DNA of 64,000 nucleotides from Eledone cirrhosa. Its lineage: Eukaryota. The stretch spans positions 193,998,001-194,062,000 of the forward strand of contig OZ024740.1 in assembly GCA_964016885.1 (NCBI GenBank). Direction: 5' to 3'. Under the pieces are notes generated by a model, which was given only the letters and a program-made list of their open reading frames with translations, was not told where the DNA came from and made no database searches. Shown here one piece after another: positions 40,034-54,691 of the stretch. Position numbers and translations under genes: made by a program. Numbering within the stretch: position 1 is the stretch's first letter; the number at the start of each line of letters is the position of its first letter.

Positions 40034-40406
40034 TACACACACATATATATATATATACACATACATACATACATACACACATACACATATATATATATAT
40101 ATACATACATATATATATATATATACATATATACACATACATACATATATATATACACACACACACATATATATATATATACATATATGTACACACATAT
40201 ATATATATATATATACAAACAAATATACACACACATATACGTACACACATACACACATACATGTATACATAAATAAACATATATATAGAGAGAGAGAATT
40301 AGTATATCTACCAACATATGTATACAGATGTATACCCATGCTAGCAAATATATATGTTATGTCTTAGTACCTTTGTGGTTCTATGCAGGGGGATACAGAA
40401 CAATTA

Positions 40407-40516
40407 TATGAAAGACGTAAAATAAGAATTTTTTTTAAATTAACTCACTTACTAAAATGTTCACTCCACAGTGAAAATTTTAGTAAGTGAATTTTAAAAC
40501 TTTCACAGTTTACGTC

Positions 40517-40523
<7 letters not shown>
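40407..40523. repeat. About 115-bp palindrome (MITE-like); second copy about 45223-45335
   Basis: TATGAAAGACGTAAA...TTTACGTCTTTCATA. Confidence 0.75.
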
Positions 40524-40563
<40 letters not shown>

Positions 40564-40646
40564 TATATACACAGGCACACGCACATACATACATACACCT
40601 ACATATACACATATACACACATATACATATATATATATATAAACAC

Positions 40647-40710
<64 letters not shown>

Positions 40711-40716
40711 ACACAC

Positions 40717-40767
<51 letters not shown>

Positions 40768-40929
40768 CACATATATACACACATACACACATGCACACAT
40801 ACATATACACACACATACACCCATACACATACATATACACATACATATATATATATATGTATACATATGTTTTATATATATACACATACACACATACATA
40901 AATATATACATACATATATACACACATAT

Positions 40930-40974
<45 letters not shown>

Positions 40975-41089
40975 TACTTATATATATATATATATATATA
41001 TACATATATATACACATACACCTACATACACATATATACACATATACACACATATATATTCACACACACACATACATATATATATATGT

Positions 41090-42700
41090 ATATAAATTAA
41101 TATGTATGTGATGAAACACAGATACCAAGACATCTGTATATATATTGCAAAAGAAAAATTTAGCCAGATTGAAGTATACTAATTATTATACTACAGTTTT
41201 TCCATATCGATTTAAAATAATAAATCAACGAAGACGAACTGTATTGCCGAGAGGCTGTGATGTTTAGACACATTTAAATTTCAAAATCAAACCTGTTCCG
41301 TAGATAAGTTTAAACTTTAAGATCCAAATATGTTTCGAGTTAAATAAGTGTAGGAATATCATGTCCTGCCCTCCTCAGTAAACATCCAGGGACAAATTGA
41401 TATGCTTCACTTCTAAATAATTTAAAAGACTGCGTGACGCACATGGTTTTACAGTATCTAACTAGTCTCATAACCGTACTGCTAGAAATAACAGTCGTAT
41501 ATATGAGGCGGCTTGCAGCTCAAACTAGGAGCAGTTAAAATTAATAAGGTAATGAATTCTTTTACAATGGAATCAGCTCGAAGGAGGAAAATACCCCCTG
41601 AGCAGTGTATAAATTAATATGTATGTGATGAAACACAGATACCAACACATCTGTATATATATTGCAAAAGAAAAATTTAGCCAGATTGAAGTATACTAAT
41701 TATTATACTACAGTTTGTCCATATCGATTTAAAATAATAAATCAACGAAGACGAACTGTATTGCCGAGAGGCTGTGATGTTTAGACACATTTAAATTTCA
41801 AAATCAAACCTGTTCCGTAGATATGTTTCGAGTTAAATAAGTGTAGGAATATCATGTCCTGCCCTCCTCAGTAAACATCCAGGGACAAATTGATATGCTT
41901 CACTTCTAAATAATTTAAAAGACTGCGTGACGCACATGGTTTTACAGTATCTAACTAGTCTCATAACCGTACTGCTAGAAATAACAGTCGTATATATGAG
42001 GCGGCTTGCAGCTCAAACTAGGAGCAGTTAAAATTAATAAGGTAATGAATTCGTTTACAATGGAATCAGCTCGAAGGAGGAAAATACCCCCTGAGCAGTG
42101 TATAAATTAATATGTATGTGATGAAACACAGATACCAACACATCTGTATATATATTGCAAAAGAAAAATTTAGCCAGATTGAAGTATACTAATTATTATA
42201 CTACAGTTTGTCCATATCGATTTAAAATAATAAATCAACGAAGACGAACTGTATTGCCGAGAGGCTGTGATGTTTAGACACATTTAAATTTCAAAATCAA
42301 ACCTGTTCCGTAGATAAGTTTAAACTTTAAGATCCAAATATGTTTCGAATTAAATAAGTGTAGGAATATCATGTCCTTCTCTCCTCAGGGACAAATTGAT
42401 ATGCTTCACTTCTAAATAATTTAAAAGACTGCGTGACGCACATGGTTTTACAGTATCTAACTAGTCTCATAACCGTACTGCTAGAAATAACAGTCGTATA
42501 TATGTGGCGGCTTGCAGCTCAAACTAGGAGCAGTTAAAATTAATAAGGTAATGAATTCTTTTACAATGGAATCAGCTCGAAGGAGGAAAATACCCCCTGA
42601 GCAGTGTATAAATTAATATGTATGTGATGAAACATAAATATATATATATATATATATATGTACATATATATTAATATGTATGTGATGAAACATAAATATA
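41090..42700. repeat. Tandem array of an about 500-520-bp unit (3 copies + 2 short partials)
   Basis: TATAAATTAATATGTATGTGATGAAACAC at about 41091, 41608, 42101 and 42607 (partial). Copy 2 lacks about 23 bp and copy 3 about 11 bp. Confidence 0.93.
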
Positions 42701-42737
42701 TATATATATATATATATATGTACATATATACATACAT

Positions 42738-42768
<31 letters not shown>

Positions 42769-42785
42769 CATATATATACACATAT

Positions 42786-42849
<64 letters not shown>

Positions 42850-43466
42850 CGTTTCTGAATTTGTTTAGCAATATTCTTTATCTGAAATCGTGTGTTGAAA
42901 CCGATATTGTTATACTTTGGGAGGGTCATGTTGCCAATAAGAAACACACGCACCAGTTGCTTTCACTTCAATTTATTATAATAAATTTATAAATTTATAA
43001 ATTTCTGGTTGGTTGGTTGGTTCCACAACCAGATAGTTGCTTATACATAGTCATAGTTCTTTCGTCACACACTCTGTGACCTCTTCAGTGACTGGGATTC
43101 CTTTCTTTGTTTCTGTGCCTCTCCTTTTTTCTGTCCTACGCCATTGTGTTTCTGTGTGTGTGTTGTGTGCTCAGTCTGCGCATGCGCCACATCCGGGTGT
43201 CTGTGTGTGTTTATTTTCATTTATTTATTTGTTTATTTTCATGTTACTGGTTGGTTGTTTGTTCTATGTGTGTGTGTGTTTTCATTTTGTCCTTACTTGT
43301 AAGTTGTGATGTTGCTGTTCCACTCATATTTTCTATATAATACACACAAATACATATATACATATATACACAAATACATATATACATATATACATATATA
43401 CACAAATAGATATATACACATAAACACACATACACACATATATATACACACACCCACATACACACC

Positions 43467-43510
<44 letters not shown>

Positions 43511-43551
43511 TATATACACACATACACACACACACATATATACATATATAT

Positions 43552-43626
<75 letters not shown>

Positions 43627-43651
43627 CATATATATACACACATATATATAT

Positions 43652-43719
<68 letters not shown>

Positions 43720-44059
43720 ACACACACACATACATACATATACATACACATACATATACACACATACACACAAATATATACACATACAAATGAATAAGTA
43801 CTCAATAAATATACGCATATACACAGGCACATAAAAACAGCTCTACAGGCAGAAAATGCAGATAGGTAAGAGGTACTCACCAGCGTGGCCGTATTTCAGG
43901 TTGAGGAAGGGTGGGGGTAGGGTGGGAAGGACGTATAGGGGCTAATAGGAGGAGGTCGTTTTTAGCCATCGGGCTTTAACACTGGCTTAAAGTATTTGAA
44001 AGTTGCAAAGTTCTTGTGCATGCAGTTCGGGCAGTGATCAGAGAGTTTGTTCAGTAGAT

Positions 44060-44761
44060 ATATATATGTTGCAACCGGTCACTTTTAAGCTCTATGAAGA
44101 ATTAATAAATTAAATAATCAGAGCAATATATCATAAATCATGTCCTTAGAACTATTAGACCGGTTGCAACATATATATATCTATAACTTTATGTATATGT
44201 AAACCTTTATATTTAATAATCTCCCGTTAGGTTGAGATTCAATTTGGCGATATTTGGCTGCGCTTTCTAGCAGCAAGCCTACCCGCCATAAGCAACCAAT
44301 CACATTATTTCTAGCTTGACCACAGCCACATAGCGATTCTTAGCCATTTTTGAATCACATTTGGCGCGATCGGATTAGAAAACTAGATGTCTGATTTTGA
44401 GTTTGTCTCCTGATGAATCCTAACTCAAGACATTCCTATTATTTGGATGTCTAAAAATACGGATGAAACCATGGTAGAGATATAATTACGGTATGTACAC
44501 ATTTCTTCTAAGTTTAATTTTACACCTAATTGTGTATGGTTGATGATATATTTAGTCAGTTTCTACATGTTGTCGAAATGTTGGATAAATAATCTATTGT
44601 GGCCACCGAGAAGAGGCCACCTTCGGTTATTTGTGGGAGATTTCTTCATAAGAGCCTTTCTACTTATAGCTTGGTCTAATTGATTTTTTATATGGTTAAT
44701 TATGCTAATTAGAAGAGGAAATAGTATATATTTTATCTAATAATTCTAAGGACATGATTTA

Positions 44762-44765
<4 letters not shown>
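44060..44765 (+). mobile_element. Second copy of the short non-autonomous PLE-like family, HHR at 44404-44482
   Basis: TGTCTC-CTGATGA-ATCC...GGAT-GAAA-CCATGG-TA-GAGATA; collinear with 24.27-24.79 kb. Confidence 0.78.
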
Positions 44766-44813
<48 letters not shown>

Positions 44814-45019
44814 GAGTGTATATATGAGTGTATATATGTATGTATATATATATGTATGTGTGTATGTGTATATATATATATATGTGTGTATATATATATA
44901 TGTATATATATATATATGTATGTGTATATATGTGGGTATATGTATGTGTGTGTATATATGTGTGTATATGTGTATATATATATATTTATGTATGTGTGTA
45001 TGTGTGTATGTGTGTATAC

Positions 45020-45057
<38 letters not shown>

Positions 45058-45059
45058 GT

Positions 45060-45105
<46 letters not shown>

Positions 45106-45154
45106 GTATGTATATGTGTATATGTAGGTGTATGTATGTATGTGTGTGCGTGTG

Positions 45155-45229
<75 letters not shown>

Positions 45230-45526
45230 GACGTAAAGTGGGAAACTTTTAAAATTGACTTACTAAAATGTTCACTCTGGAGTGAAAATGTTAGTGAGTT
45301 AATTTTAAAAATTTTCTTAGTTCACGTCTTTCATATAATTGTTCTGCATCCCCCTGCATAGAACCACAAAGGTACTAAGACATAACATATATATTTGCTA
45401 GCATGGGTATACATCTGTATACATATGTTGGTAGATATACTAATTCTCTCTCTCTATATATATATGTTTATTTATGTATACATGTATGTGTGTATGTGTG
45501 TACGTATATGTGTGTGTATATTTGTC

Positions 45527-45557
<31 letters not shown>

Positions 45558-45657
45558 GTGTATGTGTGTATGTATGTATGTATGTGTGTGTATATATATA
45601 TATATATATGTGTGTGTGTATGTGTATATGTGTGTGTATATATATATATATATATAT

Positions 45658-45927
45658 TGGTGTTAGGAAGGGCATCCAGCTGTAGAAAACCCGCCAGACA
45701 GTCCACGCTGTAATGTGGCCGTGTAGGCAACACGGTAAAAACCTCCCAGCCCCACACTGTAAATGTGGTTGGTGTTAGGAAGGGCATCCAACTGTAGAAA
45801 ACCCGCCAGACAGTCCTATGCGAGCAAGACAACCACTCTTGCCTCAAGTGGGAAAACCCCCGTCCAAACCCATGCAAGCGTGGAACACGGACGCTAAACC
45901 TGATGATGATGATGATGATGATGATGA
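45658..45927 (+). mobile_element. SINE 3' part with (GAT)n tail and internal duplication (Meta-domain-like)
   Basis: GGTGTTAGGAAGGGCATCCA.CTGTAGAAAACCCGCCAGACAGTCC occurs twice, then GACGCTAAACC(TGA)n. The domain name is from recall. Confidence 0.65.
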
Positions 45928-45993
45928 TATATATATATATATATATGTTTGTGTGTGTATATGTGTGTGTGTGTGTGTATATATATATGTATG

Positions 45994-46047
<54 letters not shown>

Positions 46048-46126
46048 GTGTATGTGTGTATATATATATGTGTGTGTATGTGTGTATATATGTATATATG
46101 TGTATATGTGTGTGTGTGTGTGTATG

Positions 46127-46157
<31 letters not shown>

Positions 46158-46180
46158 CTGTGTGTGTGTGTATGTGTGTG

Positions 46181-46292
<112 letters not shown>

Positions 46293-46294
46293 TA

Positions 46295-48777
46295 AAGAAT
46301 GAATAATAACGGGTAGACATCATAAAAAGGTAATTTATTCTGTGTGCTTACAAATGTTTCCACGGTGGTTATACAGCTTAGTTATGCTATGTGCAAATTT
46401 ATAATTATTTGCAAAACTAAATTATCAAATGTTATGACCACTGTATCCTCAGAGCAGAATAGTTAAAATGTAAAATGTAAATACCCTTAAGGGAAGTTAT
46501 TGGGGAAGATAGAGTAGAAAAGGAAGAGAGAATCAAGGGGAGAGGAAGAGGGAGAGAGATATGCAGCGGTTGGAGCAATGGGAGACAGTGGTTTGTAGAA
46601 TACAGATATCTTAATCAAAATGTTGTGGTAGGGGTTTTATTACATTGGTTACTCTCAAAGCGACAGCCTTAAGCGATGCGTTGATAGTTAAGGTTGGAAT
46701 TATTTATTGCCACAGAGGGCAGGTTCATAGATGTGGAGAGGGAGGGAGGTGGACCGAGAGCGAGAGATAGAGGGATAGAGAGAGAGAGAGAGGGAATTGA
46801 GAGAGAGGAAGAGATAGAGATAGCGAGGGGACAGACGAAACCTATAGGATGGGTGTATATTGAGTTCATAGTTGTAAGCTACAAATTGCACTTAAGTATC
46901 CATTTATAGTGATAAGCAGGGTATTGTCTTGTAGTGTGGGGGATATAGTTAAGACTTTGTTATTGAGAGAAAGTAGTTAGCGAGAAAGCAATGTTATAGT
47001 TACGAGTTCGAATGTTAAGTTATTTTATAGCCTTCAGTTTGCGGTTGCAGTATAATGATCGTTCGATTCTGTCATTTAGTAATATATTTTTGGATTTTAA
47101 GATGTAAAAGAGTTCAAGGTTACATAACCTGCTGTACTTCCATCCACTCCGATATGCACTAGCGCTGGAAAGTGTATCCCATTTCAAGGTGAAATGTTGG
47201 TTGCGTTCACGGAGTTGCCAGGTATTGTTGGCGAGCGTGGTCACAAAACGGTGATTAGGATGGTTAATTGAAAATCGATGACGATACCAGCGAGATTTAA
47301 AGGAGGTGGTGGTAGACCCGATGTAATACCATTTCTGGTCGTTCGATTAAACAGTGCATTGATAAACAATGTTGGACTTTAGGCATTTATTCTTCAATGG
47401 ACATCTTTCAGGTAGGTGGCAATTACAGTTTTTTTTATTGTGGGTAGCAGGTATACCACGGATAGGTTGGGATAACAGTACAAGTGGGTTGTGTAATACC
47501 CGTCTTCCATCTAGTTGTTGGGAGGCCGATACTACATTATGCTCATCTGTTATTAAAATATTTTGTTTTGTAGTGTTGTTTAAATGCTTTAAGTTAAGTT
47601 TTTTTTATGTATGCTTCAAGGTTTGGTGCAGTGGAGTATGATAGCTTAATAGTCTTAGAGTTCAGAATTTTACTGTATTTATGGGAACTAGGGAAATGCT
47701 TGTTGATTAACTTAAAGAATGAAATAGATAGTTTTGTACTAATCGAAGCATTAAAAATGGGATTATACCAGATATACTTTCTACAACGTTTGGTGATGAT
47801 TTTCTATTATTATTATGTCTGGTGTGCGCTTGTATTTCTGCACCCCGGTTACGTATTCTTTGATTTCGTGTAGAGCTATGTGTGTTATGGAGATTCTTAA
47901 CAATGTATTCTATTGTATCACGGTGGTCTGAATTACTTAATGCATTATTATAGTATTCAGCATGTTCACTGAAAATCTCAGAGTTAGACGATATTCGAGA
48001 GATTCTAAGAGAAATACTACGGGGTACCGATTTGATCATGGAAAGTGGGTGGTTTCAGTTAAAATTGATATAGGTAAGGTTCTCATTTATCTCGTGGAAG
48101 GGTCGTATCAGTCCGGTATTTAAATTAAGAGTTACGTCTAGAAAATTTACTACTTTAAGATTGTATTCGTACGTTATTTTTAGACCCAGTTCACTAAAAG
48201 ATTTTCTAATGTTTTTCCGTAACCTTTCAAGATTTTGGTTATTTAACTTATTAACTAATAAGAGCTCGTCATCTCTATATATTCCCCCTGTAGATAACTA
48301 AATGTTCCATGTAGTATGTGGGCTATGTAAATTCCTACAAGATCGGTGACCTCCGCTGATTCGTTGGAGCCCATGGAAATGTCGAAGTTTGTGGGTCTGT
48401 CCTTACGTTCCCAGTTGTAGTTATCAAACTTGATAATAGTTTTCCTAGCCTCTAGAATAATATTAATGTCGTCCTCCGTTAGGTCGGAATTGACTTTGGC
48501 AAACGATAGGGCCTTACGTAAAGTGCTGGGTGAGATTGAAGAGTAGTTTTCATCTATGTCAAATTGTATAAACTTAGACTTATTCTTGTTCTTAACGTTA
48601 TTAAACCAGCGAATTGCTTCGCTAGTGTTGCCCCATAATTTACATTCTATTTTCTTTTTCAATTGAGTTATTACTCTGTCAAGTATATGTTTGTAAATTT
48701 TTCCTATGTCTGATTTAGAAGGGCATATAAGTCTAATCTTAGGGTTAGAGTCAAAATTTACATTATGGTCCATCGGG
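46295..48777 (-). mobile_element. Naiad-type PLE, 5'-truncated, decayed; 3' pLTR HHR at 46345-46456
   Basis: DHNVNF..PKIRLICPSKSDIGK, FIQFDID, FDISMGSNESAEVTDLVG, YRDD after a frameshift; CNCHLPERCPLKNKC..IVY...YIGSTTTSFKSRW. HHR TGCT-CTGAGGA...GAAA-CATTTG-TA-AGCA. Confidence 0.9.
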
Positions 48778-49915
48778 TTAAAGGTGGGGGTTGCGGGTAT
48801 AATTTACCAAACATAGAAGTAATGAGCTGCAGAGCAACATGAAAGCACTACTCCGAAGACTGCAAAATACAAATGGAATTGTTGTGAAAGCTGACAAGAC
48901 CTCTAACGTGTATACCATGGATATCGATGTGATGAAATGTGTGTTGTTGTTTGTATGGTCGTGCCTCATTGGGATGTGCTATGTGTTGGTGAGGTTGAAT
49001 GTTTTGGGTGTATGGTGATGTGTTTGGTGGTGGTGGTGGGTGATGAATGTGACATGACATTTAAAGGATCGAATCTTAGAATGGGTTACAGGTTAAAATA
49101 TGACAGAGAAAACAATAGTACTGGATTGAGAAATGGTGTGATAAGGCATTGGTAATTATCCCTATGTTGAATTCGTGTCAGGGTTTTCCGTGCCACATAG
49201 TCGAATGTCTGGGCGGAGAAGCCGTTCTTCCTGGTGTCTCTGCAGTTTATTATTATGTCTGATCTCCAGTTTATGGCAGATTTCAATTTGATGATGTCGG
49301 CCGACTCGGCCAGGGATAACCTACAGTGGTTTCCGCCAGTGGCTGTTCGGGCCACGCGTCTTCTAACTGATCATTTGATCTGGTAACCCAGGTTCTTGTC
49401 CTTGAGGTCCCAAATCAAAACCGCCAGTCGGGTTTGGGAGCGTTTCGGCCTATGGTTGAAAGAGCTTTTTTGGTTTTACAAATGCTCTTTAAATGTAGTC
49501 GAGGTCGCGTCTATATAGGAGTATGATATCACAGCCGGCCGAAAGGAATACTCCTATATAAGCATGACTTTGACTATACCACCACCCATTTCAACTTATG
49601 CCCCGCTCCACCAAATAATCACCACAGTCACCCCACCCCACCCTACCTACACTACAGGCGAAAACATTCCTCAGAATTAACCCACCAATCAAAACAAATT
49701 TCACTGAGCAGCATAAGAACATCAGACTTTCTTGTACGACATGTATAATCATTTTATCATTACCACTAAAATGGTCTGACGATCCGCGGTTTACAGAGTC
49801 GGGCTAGATCGATACAGATCGAACCTTGAGGTGATCGGTGGCGAAAAGCGCGTCACCAAATAATAAACGTAATGAAGGAGTAACCACTCGTCCTTGTTTT
49901 ATTTTATTTTATTTT
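48778..49915. mobile_element. Rearranged PLE fragments: + ADKT segment, - GIY-YIG remnant, + pLTR with HHR-like motif (49772-49858)
   Basis: IVVKADKTSNVY (+, about 48880); YI..TSTTFK...IWDLK...CRLSLAE (-, 49230-49525); TGGT-CTGACGA-TCCGC...GTGGC-GAAA-AGCGCG-TC-ACCA. Confidence 0.7.
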
Positions 49916-50646
49916 ATTATATATATATATATATATAAATATACAGAGAGGGAGACAGAGATAGATATGGATAAATAGAAAGAAAGAGAGAGACAGACAG
50001 ACAATCAGGCACGAAGAGCATGTGGAAGAATAGTGAGAGAAAGTAAACATACCTTTCATTTTATTAAATTTGTATTGGGTAAATTTACCCAGGACAAATA
50101 TAATCAGTCTTATTATTTTGACATATTTTCTTCAGAATTACTAGTGTTTCCAATTAGAATTTTATATAACTAATTTATTTCATTAATCAATACAATTAAT
50201 CAATATATTATGAAAGTGGATTTCTCTGCGATGTCTTCAATAATGTCAAATATCGTAAGTGTACGGATTCAATACCGCAGTTAAGAAAACATAACATAAG
50301 GCTTCAGTTCTGTTAATTCTAATGAATGTTGGTTGCTGTGTTTACTATCATAACACTAATTACAATTATAGAATATATTAGCAGGTGGTTTACATTCTAC
50401 AAAGCAGAAAACATTGTTACCTACTTCAGTTGTATTAATGCAAATTACATAATTAACCAATATGATTTATTAGAAGCAAAGCAGCATTCGTTAGAAAATA
50501 TTTGTATTATACATAAACACACACACATATATATATACATATATATATAAAAACGCATGTATATATATATATAAACGTATATATATATATGTGTATATAT
50601 TTATATAAATATATATATATATGTATGTATATATGTATATATATAC

Positions 50647-50767
<121 letters not shown>

Positions 50768-50813
50768 CATCTATATATAGAGAGAGATTTATATATACAT
50801 ACATACATACATA

Positions 50814-50853
<40 letters not shown>

Positions 50854-50880
50854 CATCTATATATATAGAGAGATTAATAC

Positions 50881-50977
<97 letters not shown>

Positions 50978-51004
50978 CATATATATATATATACATACAT
51001 CTAT

Positions 51005-51039
<35 letters not shown>

Positions 51040-51040
<1 letters not shown>

Positions 51041-51172
51041 ATTGTTTCTACTTTAGGCACAAGGCCAGCAATTACCCAGTGCATTACTGGTACTTTATTT
51101 TATCGACCCCGTAAGGATGAAAGGCAAAGTCAACCTCGGCGGGATTTGAACTCAGATCGTAAATGGACGTAA
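51040..51172 (-). mobile_element. SINE (Nin/Deu-like family)
   Basis: Near-identical reverse complement of the 31431 and 54260 copies. Confidence 0.85.
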
Positions 51173-51377
51173 ATATATATAATGTACTTCACTATGTTTT
51201 AAATTGCCTTGTCCGATGAACGAATGAGGACGTTTTTTTTTTGTATTCGTCTTATTCGGGTAACCTCTGGTAATGAGATAATTATATTGTATTGTTTATT
51301 ATACATTAAATTTACCTCTGGTACTTACATAGAACATTCTTCACTCCTATCACTTTTTCAATTTTCTACGGAAACTT

Positions 51378-51475
<98 letters not shown>

Positions 51476-52164
51476 GATGGCTTCGTTTACGAATAACCAT
51501 GAGATGTGCACCTAGAATGTTCTCCTCCGAAGTACTAGTCCGGGAAAGGCCATTTATGAAAGACCAACAGTCGCCCATGAATAACGCCTTTCTCTCTCCT
51601 CCAAACATGTTGACGAATGCACCGTTCTAACCGCCAAACCATTACTTATCCATTCAATGCTTCCAAAAAATAAATGACTGTTTAGATCCTCGTAGTACTG
51701 TAGTAGTCATTTCTACTTCTGGTATGTATGGAATACCTTACTTACTGTTATTACCCACGATTGAACCCGGAAAACAATTTATATATATATATATATATAT
51801 ATTGTTATACTTTGGGAGGGTCATGTTGCCAATAAGAAATATGAGAAATATGGGGAGAAGAATACTGCATGGTTGCACATGGATAACATGTTATTAAATG
51901 AGTCCCTCATCAGTGATTTGCCAACGATCATTGGTATTTCATTGCATTAAAAATCATATACCTCACGTTGGTGCAATAATAACTAAAATAAGTTATTAGG
52001 ACAATTGAAACGCGTAAAACGAGTGAGACAAGTAAACAACACAGGGGAAAGCTAACCGAAGATAGAAAGAAACACAAGCTACATGGTTATTCTATCAGTA
52101 TAAGCTGGGTGAATATATGAGCGAGTAAGAAATAGACTTCCGCTAGTGAATCCGATATGTATGT

Positions 52165-52518
52165 ATGTATGTATTTATCTCTGAGCATCGAAAACACTAC
52201 CCGTAACGGAGAAATGGTCCACATCATCGTGTGCTTCAGAAGCCGCAGGTTTTCTTCAGTTTTCTTCTCTTAGGAAGGTGTTGTGACAACAACTAGGGAC
52301 CGTTCACTCCCAGTTTTAAAAAGAGTACTATGTGGGTGGCCGTTGGCTCTGCTGACTTCCTCCACCCTTTGCCGGGTCTTGTATTTCAGCGTGTCCAAAT
52401 GTTACCCTCCTCACCAACCAAGCTTGAATGGGTTGCCGGTTTAGTCGCCGACGACCCGATCATGAGACAGGTTGCATTGGGTTACATGTTACCAGTAGCA
52501 CTCGAGAGTGACCTGACA
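52165..52518 (-). mobile_element. RTE-UTR-like short element
   Basis: Reverse complement shares GGGTC.T.GGCGACTAAAC.GGCAACCC...TTGGTGAGGAGGGT with 20770; (CATA)n tail. Confidence 0.5.
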
Positions 52519-52525
52519 TAATATA

Positions 52526-52586
<61 letters not shown>

Positions 52587-52596
52587 ATATATACAT

Positions 52597-52699
52597 ACAA
52601 GGTGTCCCCCAAAAATGTATATACACTTCTACAGCATTCAAATAAATATTGCCTGTACAGGTATTCAAAGTGTGAATACATATTTTGGGAAACCCTTTA
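52597..52699. mobile_element. About 100-bp Tc1/mariner-like MITE
   Basis: TA-CAAGGTGTCCCCCAAAAATGTATATACACT ... AGTGTGAATACATATTTTGGGAAACCCTT-TA. Confidence 0.6.
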
Positions 52700-53672
52700 T
52701 TTATACATATATATAAAACAGAGGATGTCCGTCTGTCTTCTGTCTGTGTAAATCCCTAAGACTCGAGAAGTACCGGACCGACTTTTTTCAAACTTTAAAA
52801 ATGCGTAACTTATATTTCTTGAAGTGCAATGGGCTAAAAATGTCTGCCCTATGGCCCGCATTAGGCGGAAAACCACATTTTTAGGCAATTTTATGCTTTC
52901 TTGAGGTGTAACTTAAAGATAATCCAGCCGATTTTCTCGAAATTTGCAGCACACATTCGTCATGCCCTCGCATTAATGGTTTCTAGGAAATTTACAAATT
53001 ACCATTGGGCATTACATGCCATTTTTATTTTCAATACAAACGCTACATAAACATCGTAAGTAGCGTATAATATCTCGTTAAAAATGTGGTTTATTTAACA
53101 GAGGAGACAGCACTTACTTACTTTTAGGCAGGGCCATTTTGGGGGGATTCAGGAAAAGAGGAGGACTTTAAATTTTTGTCGGCGCCCTGTTGACGTTTCG
53201 AGCTTTCATTACGCGCAAATCCGAGCCCTGTGTACGTTGTCCTGTTATTAACATCGTAAAACTCATGTCTGTGTTACTTCTACTAAGACCCCTTTTGTTG
53301 CACCTACACCGCAGTATGAACGCTCTGTGCATGTACGCCGAACAGCGGTTGAGGTAATTCCGCGGTAAACCATGTGTCGCACCTTTGTTGCTGGGTAAAT
53401 GCAGTGCAACCAGTGCCATTCAGCATTTGTGCTAATTGCACTATGACCTCCTACTGCTGCAGCTGCGTTGCCACGCTGATTTCGTCATCTCAATATCCCT
53501 ACTTAAACGTTCATCCCTACTTGATTTTCACACAATTGACTACATCGCGCCTCAATCATTCCCTGAAAAAAAAAGGAATTCAAAAAGTACACAGCTACAT
53601 TCCTCAATCTTTGCATATTCGTGTTGCTATCTCCCGTTTCCTATCCCGTGCAACACCCGGTCCTGCTGCTAG
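52700..53672 (+). mobile_element. Non-autonomous Helitron-like element
   Basis: 5' TATACATATATATAAAACAGAGGATGTCCGTCTGTC; 3' CCCGTGCAACACCCGG..GCTAG|T terminus. Confidence 0.65.
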
Positions 53673-53788
53673 TATATATATAAATTTAAGTATGTATATA
53701 CAATAATATATATATATATGTATATAATAATATATATATATATATGTATATATGTATATATATATATATATATGGATATATGGATATA

Positions 53789-53898
<110 letters not shown>

Positions 53899-53900
53899 TA

Positions 53901-54217
53901 ATTCGTTTGTAAACAAACACCCCGATTTCAAGCTGTGCTGTGCCGTTGACAGACCGTCACCTGTTTGTTCAAAACTGCCTTTGAGGGACAATCAACATAT
54001 TTCTGGGTCATTACTCTTCATCAGTACTGTATAACTCTGCCAGTCTTTTGAACGATTGAAAATATATAGTATTTTCTTAAGTAAACATCGACTGAGTAGC
54101 CTCATTTGCACACCGAGCGAAACATGTTAATTGTCACTCAAAGCCAGGGTTGAACAAACAAGTGACGATCGGTCACCGAAACGGCAAACGGATAGGGCTG
54201 TTTGTTTATAAACGAAT
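53901..54217. mobile_element. MITE-like element with about 20-bp TIRs
   Basis: ATTCGTTTGTAAACAAACA ... TGTTTGTTTATAAACGAAT. Confidence 0.55.
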
Positions 54218-54239
54218 CGAATTCGACGCCATAATTTAA

Positions 54240-54385
54240 AGCATAGTGTTAGCTCCCTGTATGATCTGAGTTCAAATCCCGCCGAGGTTAACTTTGCCTT
54301 TCATCCTTACGGGGTCGATAAAATAAAGTACCAGTAATGCACTGGGTAATTGCTGGCCTTGTGCCAAAAGTAGAAACAATTATTA
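54240..54385 (+). mobile_element. SINE (Nin/Deu-like family) followed by (AAT)n
   Basis: GATCTGAGTTCAAATCCCGCCGAGGTTAACTTTGCCTTTCATCC... Confidence 0.85.
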
Positions 54386-54393
54386 ATGTATAC

Positions 54394-54452
<59 letters not shown>

Positions 54453-54454
<2 letters not shown>

Positions 54455-54636
54455 GTTTCCAGGGATGGTTAAAGAAAATCGGCCCCTTCACGCTTTTTGG
54501 AACGCTTCAAAAGGCATGCTTTCTGGGAACAGCAAGACCCTCCGATACGTCCTGAATATCTGAGGCTGCAGGTAGTGGCTTGATATTCATTCCAACGGAC
54601 TTTCCAGTTAACCAACATCAATGACTGAGATTCAAG

Positions 54637-54637
<1 letters not shown>
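54453..54637 (+). mobile_element. R4/Dong LINE 3' tip between (AAT)n tracts
   Basis: Near-identical to 60220-60405 (LQKACLLGTARTLRYVL + 3' UTR). Confidence 0.85.
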
Positions 54638-54674
<37 letters not shown>

Positions 54675-54691
54675 TTAATAATAATAATAAT

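Noticed and set aside
52430-52518. HDV-like ribozyme at the 5' end of the RTE-like element
   Set aside because: Possible P1, P2 and P4 pairings exist, but the P3/L3 segment is about 28 nt and lacks the expected motif; it cannot be supported by eye.
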